From Eledone cirrhosa (taxonomy: Eukaryota): 64,000 nucleotides of DNA. Positions 40,172 to 53,137 of this stretch are shown one piece after another (position 1 is the first letter of the stretch; each line of letters opens with the position of its first letter). The DNA lies in contig OZ024743.1 in NCBI GenBank assembly GCA_964016885.1, forward strand, positions 93,310,001 to 93,374,000, written 5' to 3'. The notes beneath the pieces were generated by a model. The model searched no databases, had not been told where the DNA came from, and saw only the letters and a program-made list of their open reading frames with translations. Both the position numbers and the translations under genes were made by a program.

Positions 40172-40355
40172 TAATTGTTTCTTCTTTTGGCACAAGGTCA
40201 GCAATTATCCCAGTGTATTACTGCTGCTTTATTTTATCAACCCCGTAAGGATGAAAGGCAAAGTTAACTTCGGCGGGATTTGAACTCAGACCGTAAAGGT
40301 CGTAACTCTATGCTACAAATCATGGCGTCCAACCCTCTCCCGATAATGCCAATCC
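40172..40355 (-). mobile_element. tRNA-derived SINE with Nin-like domain (other fragments at ~38995-39070, ~51240-51320, ~52470-52550)
   Basis: GAGTTCAAATCCCGCCGAAGTTAACTTTGCCTTTCATCCTT..GATAAAATAA on the minus strand. Confidence 0.65.
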
Positions 40356-40504
40356 ACAATGTCCAGTTATCATTTCATTCAAAACATCGTAATATATGAG
40401 TCCAATTGCTACATTATATTATGTTAACAATATGTTTTGCTAATAATAAAGACAAAAAATCAATTCACAGTTGTATAAAAGGACCATCTCCCTATTCACC
40501 ACCA

Positions 40505-41100
40505 TCAGCACAGAGTTGGCTCCCCGCAGGTGTGAGCCTCACGAGCTGGAATGGCTCTTCAAGCTCTTCTCGCTCAGTATCCTCCAGGGAAACACCTTCT
40601 CTATTTTGTCTGCCAGCGTTGCTCATAATAGTGAGAGGTGGGATGAGCAGGAGAGACGGAGGCAGTAACAGTAGGAGTTTGGTTCCTTTGTGTTCGGACC
40701 GGGTGTATATGTATATATTTATTTACCGCACCACATGTTACATACGGACATAACTCCATCAAACACTTCGTTTATCATCTTCAGTCCATTCACAAAATGC
40801 CACCACTGTTCAATCCCCTTGAAATAGTTTTCATATCTCAAGGAACCCCTGCATAAATATTATTATATACCATAAATGTAAATATACTTTAGTTATAGAA
40901 GTGATGTCCAAATGAGTATCCTCCACTACCAACTAACTTGGCCTCCACATCTGGGTCCTGGTCAACATGATGGAGAATGCATTGCCTCAGAGGATAGTGC
41001 GGGAGACATTCTGAAATAGCCACTCCACCTTGTGAGGGCTCACACCTGCAGCAGTCAACTCTGTTCCAATAGCAAGTGTGAAGTGATTTGACAGGGTGAT
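40505..41100. mobile_element. Two opposed 3'-end fragments of a CRE-like (RLE-endonuclease) non-LTR element
   Basis: Plus 40505-40625 reads ELEWLFKLFSLSILQGNTFSIL. Minus ~41100-40950 reads KVEWLFQNVSRTIL*GNAFSIM. Both resemble the LFQRxSxxIQRGNA C-terminal motif. Confidence 0.45.
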
Positions 41101-41619
41101 TAGTGAGGAATGGAATGCGGTGATGAAAACACTGAAGTAGCGGGGGTGGAGAGCACAGATTGTTTGGTTCATTAGTGCTAGGGTAGGGGTGGCACTTACA
41201 AATGCCAGAAAGGGGGGAGGTGTAGTAATGGAAAGAATAGCTAAGGAGTAATAGTGGAGGTAGTGGGGGCATAATTGTGGTGCATTGGGGTGATGAGAGT
41301 AGCTAGTAGGGTACAATAATGAGGGTATCTAATGTGTTTGGTGGGGGGGGGGCAGCTAGCGAATACAGGAGGGGCATGGATGGAATAGGGATGTATAATG
41401 ATGGTGAGTATAACTGTTAGGGTGTGTTAGTGGAGGGAACATGGGTGGGGTGCATAAGAGGGAAGGGAGTGGCTACTAGAGTACAATAGTGAGGGTATCT
41501 AGGAGCTTTTGAGCAGGCAACAGCTAAGGAGTGAATTCTGGTGGGAGGCATGGGTGAAGAGGGGATGTGCTAATAAGGATAGTTGCTAGTGGAAGGTGGG
41601 TATGGGAATATGTTAAGAT

Positions 41620-43110
41620 ACATGGTCCTTTGTCATTTCTGTTGTCATTTTTTTTAAGGTTCATCTTCACAACCTCATCCCATGTGTTCCTGTGTCTGCC
41701 ACTGGAGTTTCTCTGCATTTTTTTATACAGCTCCTATCTTCCATATGCATCACATGTCCAAATCAATGCAGTCTTCTTTATCTCTTGTACACTACATCCA
41801 ATTCCTCTTATGCCAGGTTTTTCCCTTAGTTTGCTTATACTACATCACTCATGCACACTAATATTACACATCCATTGGAGGCACATGGCTTAGTGGTTAG
41901 AGCATTGGCCTTGCAATAGAAAGGTTGTGAGTTCAATTCTCAGACCGGGTGATATGGTGTTTCCTTGAGCAAGACACTTTATTTCACATTGCTCCAGTTT
42001 ACTCAGCTGTAGTCAAAGTGGTCGTGGAGGTGCCACGGCAAAAAAGCACCCAGCCCACACTGTAAAGTGGACGTGTAGGCGCCACAGAAAAAAAGCACCC
42101 AGCACTCACTGTAAATGAGGTTGGTGTTAGGAAGGGCATCCAGCTGTAGAAATCAAGCCAAAATCAGTTCCTGTCCCACCCTTGCAAGCAGGGAAAAGCG
42201 GACGTAAAATGATGATGATGATGTTGGAGCATACTCAGTTTGATTCTTTCTGTGGTCAAAGCCCATGTAGCATTGCAGTTCACACACAGACATCATACAG
42301 TCTACCCTTTATTCTGAGAGCAAAGCACTTTGTTGTCAACAGCGATAACAGCTCTCTAAACTTCTTCCAGCCTGTTCTTATCCTAACTATCATATTTTCA
42401 GCACATCCTCCCCAACTACTAATTTGATTGCCTAGGTAACAAAAGCTGTTAACTACTTTTAAGGAGGTTCACTGGTAACTGAAGGAATCTATTTCACATG
42501 TACTCTTAGTGCTTACTTCTCTTATGCATCCATAAATGACACTTTGTGCACTTGGAATTTCTGCCCACCCTTTTCTGACATATTGAACAAAGCCACTTCA
42601 CTGACGGTATCACCCTCCTGTCTTATTTCCTACTTATTAAAATTTTCAGTTTTGTTAAGTTTACTTTTAGGCCTTTCAACTCTAGATTCTTCTTCCGTGC
42701 TTAAAATGTTATTTGTAACTCTCCTATGGATTCAACTATGAGAACTAGGTCATCGGCATATAGGAGTTTCCAAGGAGTGCCATTTTTAAACTCCCTAATG
42801 ATGGTCTGAAGGACAATGATAAACACGAGTTGACAAATGACTGTGCTCTAATGGACACTCACCTGTGCTTGTAATTCAGCACTGTACTTATTGCCAATTC
42901 TTACCCTGCTCTTGCTCCTCCGTACATGGCTTCCTCAAGCTATTTGTCTACACCTAGCTTCCTAAGTGCCCACCAGATTATAGAGCATGGGACCCTGTCA
43001 AAGGCTTTCTCCAGGTCTACAAATGCTAGATACAGTGGCTTATTCTTACCAGTACCTCTCTTGTAGTTGTCTCACCCAGACTAAGGGCATCAGTAGTACC
43101 CCTCACATCC
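41620..43110 (-). mobile_element. Old, highly degenerate RTE interrupted by a SINE
   Basis: Recognisable DLEKAFDRVP, LLYADDLVL, FCYLG and GWKKFREL remnants with many frameshifts. Confidence 0.8.
41881..42223 (+). mobile_element. Full-length chimeric tRNA-derived SINE
   Basis: A box TGGCTTAGTGG 41886-41896, B box GTTCAATTC 41931-41939, CORE-like segment, RTE-C UTR and RTE-A tail. TTGGAG duplication at 41875-41880 and 42224-42229. Confidence 0.9.
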
Positions 43111-43995
43111 TTATAAACATGACCACATCCCTATATATATGATCACACCCCTATAAACATCTAGTATTCCTCAATTATCAGACCACATCCCTCTAAAGCA
43201 TTGAATTGTCCCCTAGACAGCTTCTCATGTAGCAACACCCAAAAAAGACACAGCCTGCAACTCAAGAAGGGCTCCTCCTACTAGGATGTGAGGTTGTAGA
43301 TATGCAACAAATCAAATATTCAACAGACAGTTATGAATTGTCACTTGATAAACAAATACAACCCAGAAAGCTATTTTATTAACAAATTTATGAAAAACAG
43401 TTTTAAATGATTATAAATAACTAACCACTCGTGACTCGTTGAGTCATGTTTACTTAAAAATGTTTTTTTTAAATCATGTTCACTTAAAAATAATTTTTAA
43501 TTAAAATATACTCACATATGTATATAATGTAAACTGAAATTGGAAGGCCCATATATATATATATATATGTGTGTATGTGTATACATATATATACATGTGG
43601 GTGTTTGTGACCTATATACACTGGTCACAGACACACACACACATATATATACATACACACACACATACACACATATTTTATTCAACAACACCACCAGCTC
43701 TCTCTCTCTCTCTTCCATTTTCCTTCTTTGTCTCCTTCTCTCTCTATTTATGAAGGTAAAGCGCCCTATCTCGGGAACCCGTGCTCCGATTTATGCGAAA
43801 CTTGTTTTATTCTATTTGTATTCCTATTGCAGGGGCAACTTCCTTTCAAATTATGCATCGTTTTGGCTGTATTAAATCACAGAGTTTTAGTAGTATATAG
43901 ATGGATGAATAGTATTTTTGTAAAAACTCATCTTTTTCTGCAAGTTTTACATAAAATGTCCACCGAAAGTAATAAAAATGTCAACTATTTTTCAG

Positions 43996-44160
43996 ATCTT
44001 ACGGCAGTTTATTAAACTGGGTTTCCGGCCAGCCTATCTTATCTATGAGGCTCTTCACAACTCAGAACCAATACAAGAGACTAACCATTACCTTCACCTG
44101 AATGGATACCAGGTGATTAGTAAGCGAGGTTGGAATTATATCTTTGAGTACCGGTTTTGA
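43996..44160 (+). CDS. Terminal exon of the FkbM-like methyltransferase gene
   Basis: Acceptor TATTTTTCAG in phase 0, matching the 39416 donor. Reads ILRQFIKLGFRPAYLIYE...LHLNGY...NYIFEYRF*. AATAAA at 44174-44179. Confidence 0.8.
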   Translation: MLRQFIKLGFRPAYLIYEALHNSEPIQETNHYLHLNGYQVISKRGWNYIFEYRF

Positions 44161-44268
44161 ATATTTGGAGTTAAATAAAGGTGTGTGATTGTATATATAT
44201 ATATTTATTTATATATATATATAATCAATGAAAAATACTAATTACGCTATATTTAAAATAATTTATGT

Positions 44269-44600
44269 ATCATCATCATCATTAAACGTCTATCTTCCAC
44301 GCTAGCATGGGTTAGATGGTAATTGTCTCACTTGAGGCAAGATTGATCGGGTGACCATGTCTCGCTCGTATAGGACTGCATCTGGCAGGTTTTCTACGAC
44401 TGGATGCCCTTCCTAACACCAACCACATTCACAGTGTGGACTGGGAGCCTTTTTACTGTGTCTGCTACACGACCACTTTACAGCATGTACTGGGTGCTTT
44501 TTGTCATGACACCTACACAACCTCTTTAGTTTGGACTGGATGTTGTGGTACCAATATAACTTTACAGAGAAAGGGTGGTGTTGTTGGGAGTGGGAGGATT
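44269..44600 (-). mobile_element. RTE 3' UTR fragment
   Basis: CAT tail, terminal stem-loop and UTR modules. Confidence 0.8.
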
Positions 44601-44734
44601 AAACCAACTGTAATGTTTTCTCCCAGTCACGTAACCTCTTATGTGTTGAATTTTTTCTAGTCATATGCTTGGCGGTCACCGATCTGTCCTGCTCGTTTGT
44701 CTACCAGCATATCATGAAAAAATTATACATTTTC

Positions 44735-44822
44735 TATGTATTTTATCTGAGGAGGATATGTTTTGCTTTATGTTATACATAAAACTTTACATCTTCAAAA
44801 TATATATAATGAAATAAATAGA
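44735..44822 (+). ncRNA. Degenerate hammerhead (GAAA changed to AAAA) in a pLTR fragment
   Basis: TATTTTAT-CTGAGGA(44747-44753)-stem II-AAAA(44797-44800)-T ATAT ATA-ATGAAATA; same 3' flank as the 1412 copy. Confidence 0.55.
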
Positions 44823-44844
44823 GATGATATAAAGTATATATCAT

Positions 44845-46072
44845 TAAGACTAAAGTTCTAGTTTGTAGGAAAGAAAATAAGGCGCCGGTCCCTTCCGGGA
44901 AATGGCCATGCTCAGTGTGGAGGAAAGGCGTACGTAGAAACTCCATTTTATGTCCCAAATGCAAAGTATGGGTGCATAAAAGATGAAGTGGGATCACAGG
45001 TAAGCTAACTAAGAACATAGATTTTACATGTGGCCGGTGCTCTGGTGCAATAAGTAGCAGCAAGTGCCCACAAAATACTAGCTCTTTCAATTGCGCAGAG
45101 GGTTCTATAGAAATAGTGGACAGCTTCCGTTACCTGGGTGACAAAATCAGCAGTGGGGGAGGGTGCTCTGAAAGTACAGTAGCTAGAGTCAGAACTGGAT
45201 GGAAAAAGTTCAGAGAGCTTATACCACTATTAGCCGCTAAAGGGTTCTCTCTAAAAATGAAAGGCAGGCTGTATGATGCCTGCATACGAACAGCAATGTT
45301 GCATGGCAGTGAGACATGGGCATTGTGTGCAGAGGATATACGCAGACTAGAGAGGAACGAAGCTTGCATGCTCCGCTGGATGTGTAATAGTAATATACGC
45401 GAACAGCAAAGCATAAACGAACTAAGGGAAAAATTAAAAATAAGAGGGATCAGATGTTGTTTACTCAAGAGAAGGCTACGTTGGTATGGTCACGTGATGC
45501 GCATGAAAGACGACAGCTGTATAAAAAAGCGCAGGGCAATAAAGATAGATGGTAGCCACGGAGTAGGCAGACCCAGAAAAACCTGGGACCTGATAAATTC
45601 CGACCTCACACACTTACACCTCTCCAAGACAATGTCACTGGACCGAGATCTTTGGCGGCACTCAGTAATAGAGAATACCCGCCTTACCTAAATACAAAGT
45701 AAAACCTACTACAGTCAGTAGGCATCTCTAACAAAATACACCCCCGTCCCACCACCCCCACCCCATCCACACCACCCCTTTCAATGTAAAGTTATGTTGG
45801 TGCCACAACATCCAGGCCGAAACAAATGAGATCATGTAGGTGTCACGACAAAAAACACACAGTCCACGCTGTAATGTGGCCGTGTAGGCAACACGGTAAA
45901 AACCTCCCAGTCCCACACTGTAAATGTGGTTGGTGTTAGGAAGGGCATCCAGCTGTAGAAAACCTGCCAGACAGTCCTATGCGAGCAAGACAACCACTCT
46001 TGCCTCAAGTGGGAAAACTCCCGTCCAAACCCATGCAAGCGTGGAACATGGACATTAAACGATGATGATGAT
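44845..46072 (+). mobile_element. RTE family B, 5'-truncated
   Basis: Runs from KTKVLV to the stop at 45691, then 3' UTR and GAT tail. Confidence 0.92.
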
Positions 46073-46147
46073 CATCATCATCATCATCATTTATTACTAT
46101 TATTATTATTGTATATATTTATACTCACACACACATATATACACATA

Positions 46148-46659
46148 ATCATCATCATCATCATAATTTTATAAAGAAAGGGTGGTGTTGGTGGGAGTGG
46201 AAGGATGGAGTAGGGGTAGTGGGTTGGGTTTGGTTTGGAGGGGCCTACTGACTGTAGGTTAACTTTGCACGTAGGGATGGCAGGTCTTCTATATTACTGC
46301 GTGGCGCCAAAGATCTCGATCCAGTGACATTGTCTTAGAGAGGTGTAAGTGTGCAAGGTCGGATTTTATCAAGTTGTCCCAGGTTTTTCTGGGTCTACCT
46401 ACTCCATAGCCTCCATCAATTTTGATCGCCCTGCACTTTTTTATACAGCTGTCGTCTTTCATGCGCATCACATGACCAAACCAACGTAATCTTCTCTCAA
46501 GTAAACAGCATCTGATCCCTCTTATTCCTAATTTCTCACTTAGTTCGTTTATGTTTTGCTGTTCGTGTATATTACTATTACACATCCAACGGAGCATGCA
46601 TGCTTCATTCCTTTCCAGTCTGCGCAGGTCCTGGAACACAATGCCCATGTCTCACTGCC
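46148..46659 (-). mobile_element. RTE (B-like) 3' fragment with most of the UTR deleted
   Basis: ORF 46289-46648. Confidence 0.85.
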
Positions 46660-47145
46660 GCATGAGCGAGCTAGAGGAGTGGGTAAAGATGGGCTCAGTG
46701 GTGGGAGTGGGGTGGAACTTGAGGCGGAAACCTCGAGGAATCAGGTGGTGGTGGAGACAGCGACTTAAGAAGGTGATGTGACTGTTGCATTTTGTTTTGG
46801 TAAAGATGAGGTTGGAGAGATGCACGGATGATTGGATGCATATGGGGGGGGGGGAGCCTTTGAGAGTGGAATAGAGCTGGTAGAGAAAAGATTTGAGATT
46901 GGGCATGTTGAAAGTACTAGGGTGGGAGGGAAAAATAGACGGGTGAGAAGAAGGTGGTGTAAGAAGATTATAGTAGAGGAAAAGTGATAGTCGTGGTATA
47001 TTTAAATGCAAGAAGCAAAGAAAATTTCAGTGATACAAAAGATTTCCTGGTGGAAGTTCATGTATACTCCGGGTTGATATCCAGATTCAGGGTGGAAATC
47101 CAATTTGAAAATCCAACGAATTTGAGAGGTCTATGTAAGCGTTGA
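46655..47145 (-). mobile_element. 5' fragment of a Penelope-like ORF fused to the RTE fragment
   Basis: MPNLKSFL...SHITFLSRCLHHHLIPRGFRLK resembles the HxxFLxxCxxxxLxPxG N-terminal motif of PLE ORFs. Confidence 0.55.
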
Positions 47146-47475
47146 TATATATATGTATGTGAAAGGTAAACAGAAATAACAATCGGTACAATATATGGAA
47201 GGAATATATTAGGTTAACGCTTGAAATATGTACATATGAGCACATCCAGCCGTAGATACTAAGCCAAAATCAGTTCTGTATGAACAAGACACAGTCATCT
47301 GATCTTGCTTGTTTCACAATGGGTCAACTCATCTAATCCATTCTAATATGGAAAAATGGATGTTAAACAGTGATGATGATGATATACAAATATGTGTGTG
47401 TACCGGGTTCAATCGGGGGGGGGGGGGGGGTAACCATAGTAAGTAAGGTACTTGATACATTAGTAGAGTGTAAAC

Positions 47476-47577
47476 AACAAATTTAATACAGAAAGGGCTT
47501 CTACAGGACTAGAACTGTTTCATTCGAAATGAAACATTTCTAGTCCTGTAGAAGCCATTTCTGTATTAAATTTGTTA
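47476..47577. repeat. ~100-bp near-perfect palindrome carrying a hammerhead 3' half
   Basis: AACAAATTTAATACAGAAA...TTTCTGTATTAAATTTGTT, centred on CATTCGAAATG. Each arm reads GAAAC-N7-GTC outward. Confidence 0.8.
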
Positions 47578-47805
47578 TAGTTGAACAAATAAAACAAAAT
47601 ATACAGGGATGCACAAAATCTTACTAGTCTCCATTTTGGATCGAAGTTCTTTGTCAGTAAATGAAGAATTTGGATAGGTAGAGACCAAGTAGATAAATGA
47701 AAGTTTATATATATGGAAGATGGACGTTAAACAATGATAATGATGATGTATATATACATAGATATATATATATCACAGTGTCCTTCTCCTAGAGAGATGT
47801 CTTAA

Positions 47806-48008
47806 CCTTTTAGCTTTTAGCATCCAAACCGGCCAAAACTCCCTCACCTCCCCTGCCCAAACTGGCTGCAACCGGCCACCTGCACTGCTCCCAAAATAAA
47901 CAATATCAAAATATCATAGATTCGATAATATGTGAGACAACTATGTGAGGTAAAGCCTCCACTATGAAAATACAACAGTAAATATGGAATAATGTAAATG
48001 CCAAAGGG
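47806..48008. mobile_element. piggyBac-like MITE
   Basis: TTAA-CCTTTTAGC ... GCCAAAGGG-TTAA. Confidence 0.5.
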
Positions 48009-48719
48009 TTAATGAAGACTAGGAGTTTCTCGCTCCATAGATATGGACCAGTTCTTTTTGGGCTAATGCATTTGATGTTCAAAGAGTAAGATTGGCCCCA
48101 TGCAAAGCCTTTACTCACTTAAAAAAGCATTAAGCACAGGCTTGATATGTGACATTTTTTGCAAAGCATGGTATTGCTGGCCATAGGCAAGTCCCTTGTT
48201 GGACTAAAAAGCCATGTCCGTGGTGCTCATGCTTAAGTATCAAGTGATGGCATTACTTGAAATCAAGTTGTAGCCATCATATATATATAATCATTTTACA
48301 CCCACTTCAAATGGGTTGAACAGGATGTCTCGGTCCAAAACTTGACTAGTTGAGGACCCATCTCTTGCTCATACAATCCATATTTGGCATGGTTCCTACA
48401 GCTGGATGCCCTTGCTAATATCAACCACTTTATAGAGTATACTGGGTGAATTTTATCATGGGACCAACACATACATAAATATATTTATAAACCCTTGTCA
48501 TGATGTCATAATGTATGTGTCTTGTTGTAGGTGATACTAACTCATATTTACCTAATTGTTTCTTGTGTCTCTGATCCACCAATATTTGTACATACTACTA
48601 TTCATTTATATATATGTATACATACACAGTGGAAACCAACTTGTGTCCGAGTACGGCTTCTTCTTAGAACAAAATATAAAAACAACAGACATTGGCAAAA
48701 ACACAAAAACGTGTTATTG

Positions 48720-49500
48720 ATGTTGCTGTCATTGATGCCGCATTACATGGCTCATCAAACCTGCAGGTGACTTACATGTCATACCACACAGTGTGCAGGT
48801 AAGTTTCCTACCTGTTTGAGTTTGATTGGTGTGGCATGCTTTGTGGTGCTGTGTTAGCCCACCTTCAGAGTGACACACTTTGGTATAGATGCCACATGCA
48901 AAATCAAGGTGTTTTGGGTACTCAAAGGTACTATTTCCATGAGTATGACATCTGCTATGGCTTAGTAGCCCTATCTTTGACATACATACACATCTGCATC
49001 CCTCACAGATAAAAATCTCTTTCAAACTCTATTCGGGAGTAGATTAATGTCCCCTATATATTTAACTGCTCACTTCACTTCAACATAAGCCCTCATTTTC
49101 TTTTCAAATTTATTAACACTGATAGCAATCATGTTTCACCACTGGACTCTGTCTGTTGCCAGATTTTCCCATGTTCCAGTGTTGATGTTGACCTCCTTCA
49201 GGGTATCTTTCAGGCAGTCTTTAAAACACTTGTATGGCTTGCACTGCATGCATTTGCAGTCTTCTATACATGCTTAATACACTTCAATTTTCATATGCAC
49301 ACTGATATCTGACTATCATCACAGGTGCTCCTCCAGATAACCAAAAGCATTGAAAGCTTTAGACGGCGAGTGGCTTACTTCTTCATCAAGGTTACTGGTT
49401 CTGAAGAGAGCACTACCCAGATAGACGAACTTATTCAGAACCTTCAATATTTTCCTTTTGACAGATATATATGGCTTTCTGGGTTCATGCTGGTACATTA

Positions 49501-49505
<5 letters not shown>
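48720..49505 (-). mobile_element. Degenerate RTE/BovB-like LINE 3' part with three C-terminal C2H2 fingers
   Basis: KFVYLGS..LDEEV..AFG and CEGC..GLLSHSRCH, ..GLTQHHKACH, CTLC..GLMSHVMRH. A related plus-strand end lies at ~48145-48285. Confidence 0.65.
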
Positions 49506-49538
<33 letters not shown>

Positions 49539-49806
49539 ATTTATAAAGTTATCTGTCTCTAATAATGGTTGGAGAACTATGAGTAAAACTGACTTATTTT
49601 AGTTGGTCTAGCTTATATCACCCCCCAGGGATAAGTTTAATATGTTTTATATGTGTGTGTTATGATTATTTATTTTAATACAATTTTCAAAAGCTCATTT
49701 TTTTTCCTTTTGTGTTTTTATATTCTTTTATATATTTGGTTATATAAAACAGTTATACAACTAATCTATCTCTATTTTTTTTTCACTGATTATTTTTGTA
49801 AATATT

Positions 49807-50905
49807 CAAAAGATGTAGTGGGATCACAGGTAAGCTAACTAAGAATATAGATTTTATATGTGGCCGGTGCTCTGGTGCAATAAGTAGCAGCAAATGCCCA
49901 CAGAATACTAGCTCATTCCATTGCCCAGATGGTTCTATAGAAATAGTGGACACCTTCCGTTTCCTGGGTGACAAAATCAGCAGTGGTGGAGGGTACTCTG
50001 AAAGTACAGTAGCTAGAGTCAGAACGGGATGGAAAAAGTTCAGAGACTTATACCACTATTGGCCGCTAAAGGTTTCTCTCTAAAAATAAAAGGCAGGCTG
50101 TATGATGCCTGCATACGAGCAGCGATGTTACATGACAGCGAGACCTGGGCATTGTGAGCAGAGGATCTACGCAGACTGGAGAGGGATGAAGCTTGCATGC
50201 TCCATTGGATGTGTTATAGTAATATACGTGAACGGCAAAGCATAAATGAACTAACTGAGAAATTAGGAATAAGAGGGATCAGATGCTGTTTACTCGAGAG
50301 AAGACTACGTTGGTATGGTCACGTGATGCGCATGAAAGATGACAGCTGTATAAAAAAATACAGGGCGATCAAAATAGACGGTAGCTATGGAGTAGGCACA
50401 CCCAGAAAAACCTGGGACGACTTGATAAATTCCGACCTCACACACACCTCTCCAAGACAATGTCACTGGACTGAGATCTTTGGCGCTACGTAGTAATACA
50501 GAAGACCCACCTTGCCTAAGTACAAAGCGAAACCTACAGTCAGTAGGCACCTCTTAACCAAAATACACCCCTGTCCCACTAACCCTACCCCCACCGCCAT
50601 CTACACCACCCCTTTCGATGTAAAGTTATGTTGGTACCACAACATCCAGTCCTAAATAAATGAGGTCGTGTAGGTGTCACAACAAAAAAACACACAGTCC
50701 ACGCTGTAATGTGGCCGTGTAGGTAACACGGTAAAAACCTCCCAGTCCACACTGTAAATGTGGTTGGTGTTAGGAAGGGCATCCAGCCGTAGAAAACCCG
50801 CCAGACAGTCCTGAGCAAGACAATCAATCTTACCATGACAATTCCCGTCCAGACCCATGCTAGCATGAAAAATGGATGTTATACGATGATGATGATGATG
50901 ATGAT
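49807..50905 (+). mobile_element. RTE family B, degenerate 3' fragment
   Basis: Colinear with 18113-18560 and 29741-30527; contains stops and frameshifts; GAT tail. Confidence 0.9.
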
Positions 50906-50992
50906 TCCCAGTTTGTATGATAGTAATTTTTCTTTTCATCCTCCAATGTAGTGAAAAGATGAAATGGAGGACTTAAGACATGTTTTCTGAAA

Positions 50993-51567
50993 CAGTGTTC
51001 CCTGGTATTTTTTCATACCCCCCCCCCCCCTGATGTTACAGACCGACTTATAAAATACCCTCAAACTTGATATTTCATAATATGATCCCTAAATATTATG
51101 GAGAGGCTTATAAAGAACCCTTAAACTTGATAATATATTGACATATGGCCTCTCTCCAGGTTTGAATACATCAGATTTCTTCCAGAAAAGGATAGAAAGT
51201 GAAAGAGAAGACATGAAAAAGAGATACAGAGGAAGAATTGACCCAATACTCGACTGGTACTTTTTTTATTGACCTTGAATGGATGAAAGGCAAAGTTGAC
51301 CTTGGCAGGATTTTAACTAATGAATACCACTATTATAACAACTCTACCAATTTGCAGCCTTTAATATATATGTACACATTAAAATAAATTGCTTTATTAT
51401 ACAAAACTATACCATTTCATAAAAGAATACCATATTAAAGTGGAAGTTTTAGAATATGAGGAACTAAACTTTACTGATAAATCCTGTAGGAACCCCTTTT
51501 TTCAAGAATTCTAAAAATATTTAAGTGAACCCTTGGAGTACGTCTAGACCCATGTTGAAGACCACTG
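50993..51567. mobile_element. Possible old hAT-type MITE
   Basis: CAGTGTTCCC...TTGAAGACCACTG ends; TSD not clean. Confidence 0.3.
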
Positions 51568-52215
51568 ATCTAGAGGACTTTATGGATGCCATCTGATTGA
51601 ATTTACAGATATTACTACTAGGAAGGTTTCCATCTTTGAATCCAATGACTTAGTCATTAGTTATACAAATTTACTAATAGTAAATGGTAACATGTATAGC
51701 GAAGTTGACTGTAGCGATGGAAGTTATTGGTTTCGCTGTGTGAAATATTGATGAATGAACAAATAAAACATGTTCCCTAATAAAATATATTTATTAAATT
51801 AATAACCTGCTCTGAGGCTAAGGTTGTCAATGTATTGAAATCAAGGCTTATGTTGTGATATATGCGTGTGTGCAATAATTTAAAAGGTGGTATTTACCGT
51901 GCTTCTGTAATGAGGTGATAGTTGTTTGCCTAGCAGTGAGAGAGACCCACATCTTAACTGGTCAAAATCATTTCTGCAATTCCCTACTTTGACTCTGCAA
52001 GCTGGCTACTTATGACTGCTAGTTATTTTACTGATAGATAGCAGATGGTCCTAGAAAATGTTCTCCTTCATACATTTGGTGCTGTAAATCCTTCCATCAG
52101 AGAAATTTATCTATTGTCTTCCCTGCGAGATCGCAGGTCACTCATTTCGTGGTCGTTTGATAGTGCGAAAGAAAAACTCTATTGAAGAGAGTATAAAATT
52201 ACTGCTACAGATCTA

Positions 52216-52394
52216 CCGAGGTGCTGAAAAGTTTCCGGGTTTGGGTAAAAGAAAATTCAGGAGGATCTGTTAATTATAATTTTATTCAACATATTCCCCT
52301 TTCAGATTCATACACTTATTGCTACCTCCCCTGTAAAGGTAACAGCTCTGCCCTTTCACAATACCCTTAAGCCAGGAACTTTTCAGCACCCCAG
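52216..52394. mobile_element. Tc1/mariner-type MITE
   Basis: TA-CCGAGGTGCTGAAAAGTTTCCGG ... CCAGGAACTTTTCAGCACCCCAG-TA. Confidence 0.75.
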
Positions 52395-53098
52395 TATATG
52401 TTACAAAGATCACTGAAGTGAGAGCCAGTAGTTGAGAGAGAGTGAGTGGAGGATGAAGAACGGATCCCTGTACTGGACTGGTACCTTATTTATCTACTTC
52501 TAAACAATAAAAGGCTAAGTTAACCATGGCAAGTTTTGTACACAGAACTCTGGAACAAATACAAAGCATTTCATCCTATGTTCTAATGACTCTGCCATGT
52601 CTCCTTCCTTTTTTAAAGACGTTAGGGAGTGATTCTTGGATATTTAGTTATGATTTCTACCATATTAATCACATTCACTCATTGCTATTGTTTAACAAGT
52701 TATGTGAATACTCTTGGGTCCCAAATTATAGGGAGTGGGTGGAAAATCACTAATTGTTCTAGGTTGTCTCCTGAAAGATTACTAAGTGGAGTGAGAGGGA
52801 GGGGGGCATTATTCGAGACACAAGAGTACGTTAAAAATGTTCTATCGTTGGCTCAGTGATTGCAACTGATATAAGAAAGATAACTTAACAGGTGTAGTGA
52901 GATCTTTGGTCAATAACAAAAGAGAGAACGACATCAGAAATCTTGACTGAATATTTGAACACAATGAGACGTTGACTGACTCATATGCCGATGTCGCACG
53001 ACGGAGAACAAGTCTATTTATATATTTATTCAATCAATTTAAACGTCCTTGTAAAACTGATAAGACATGACAGGTTGAGAAACAAAAGCAAAACACAA

Positions 53099-53137
<39 letters not shown>

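Noticed and set aside
41881-41950. tRNA gene
   Set aside because: A and B boxes are present, but there is no proper acceptor stem and the sequence continues into a SINE body with tail and TSD.
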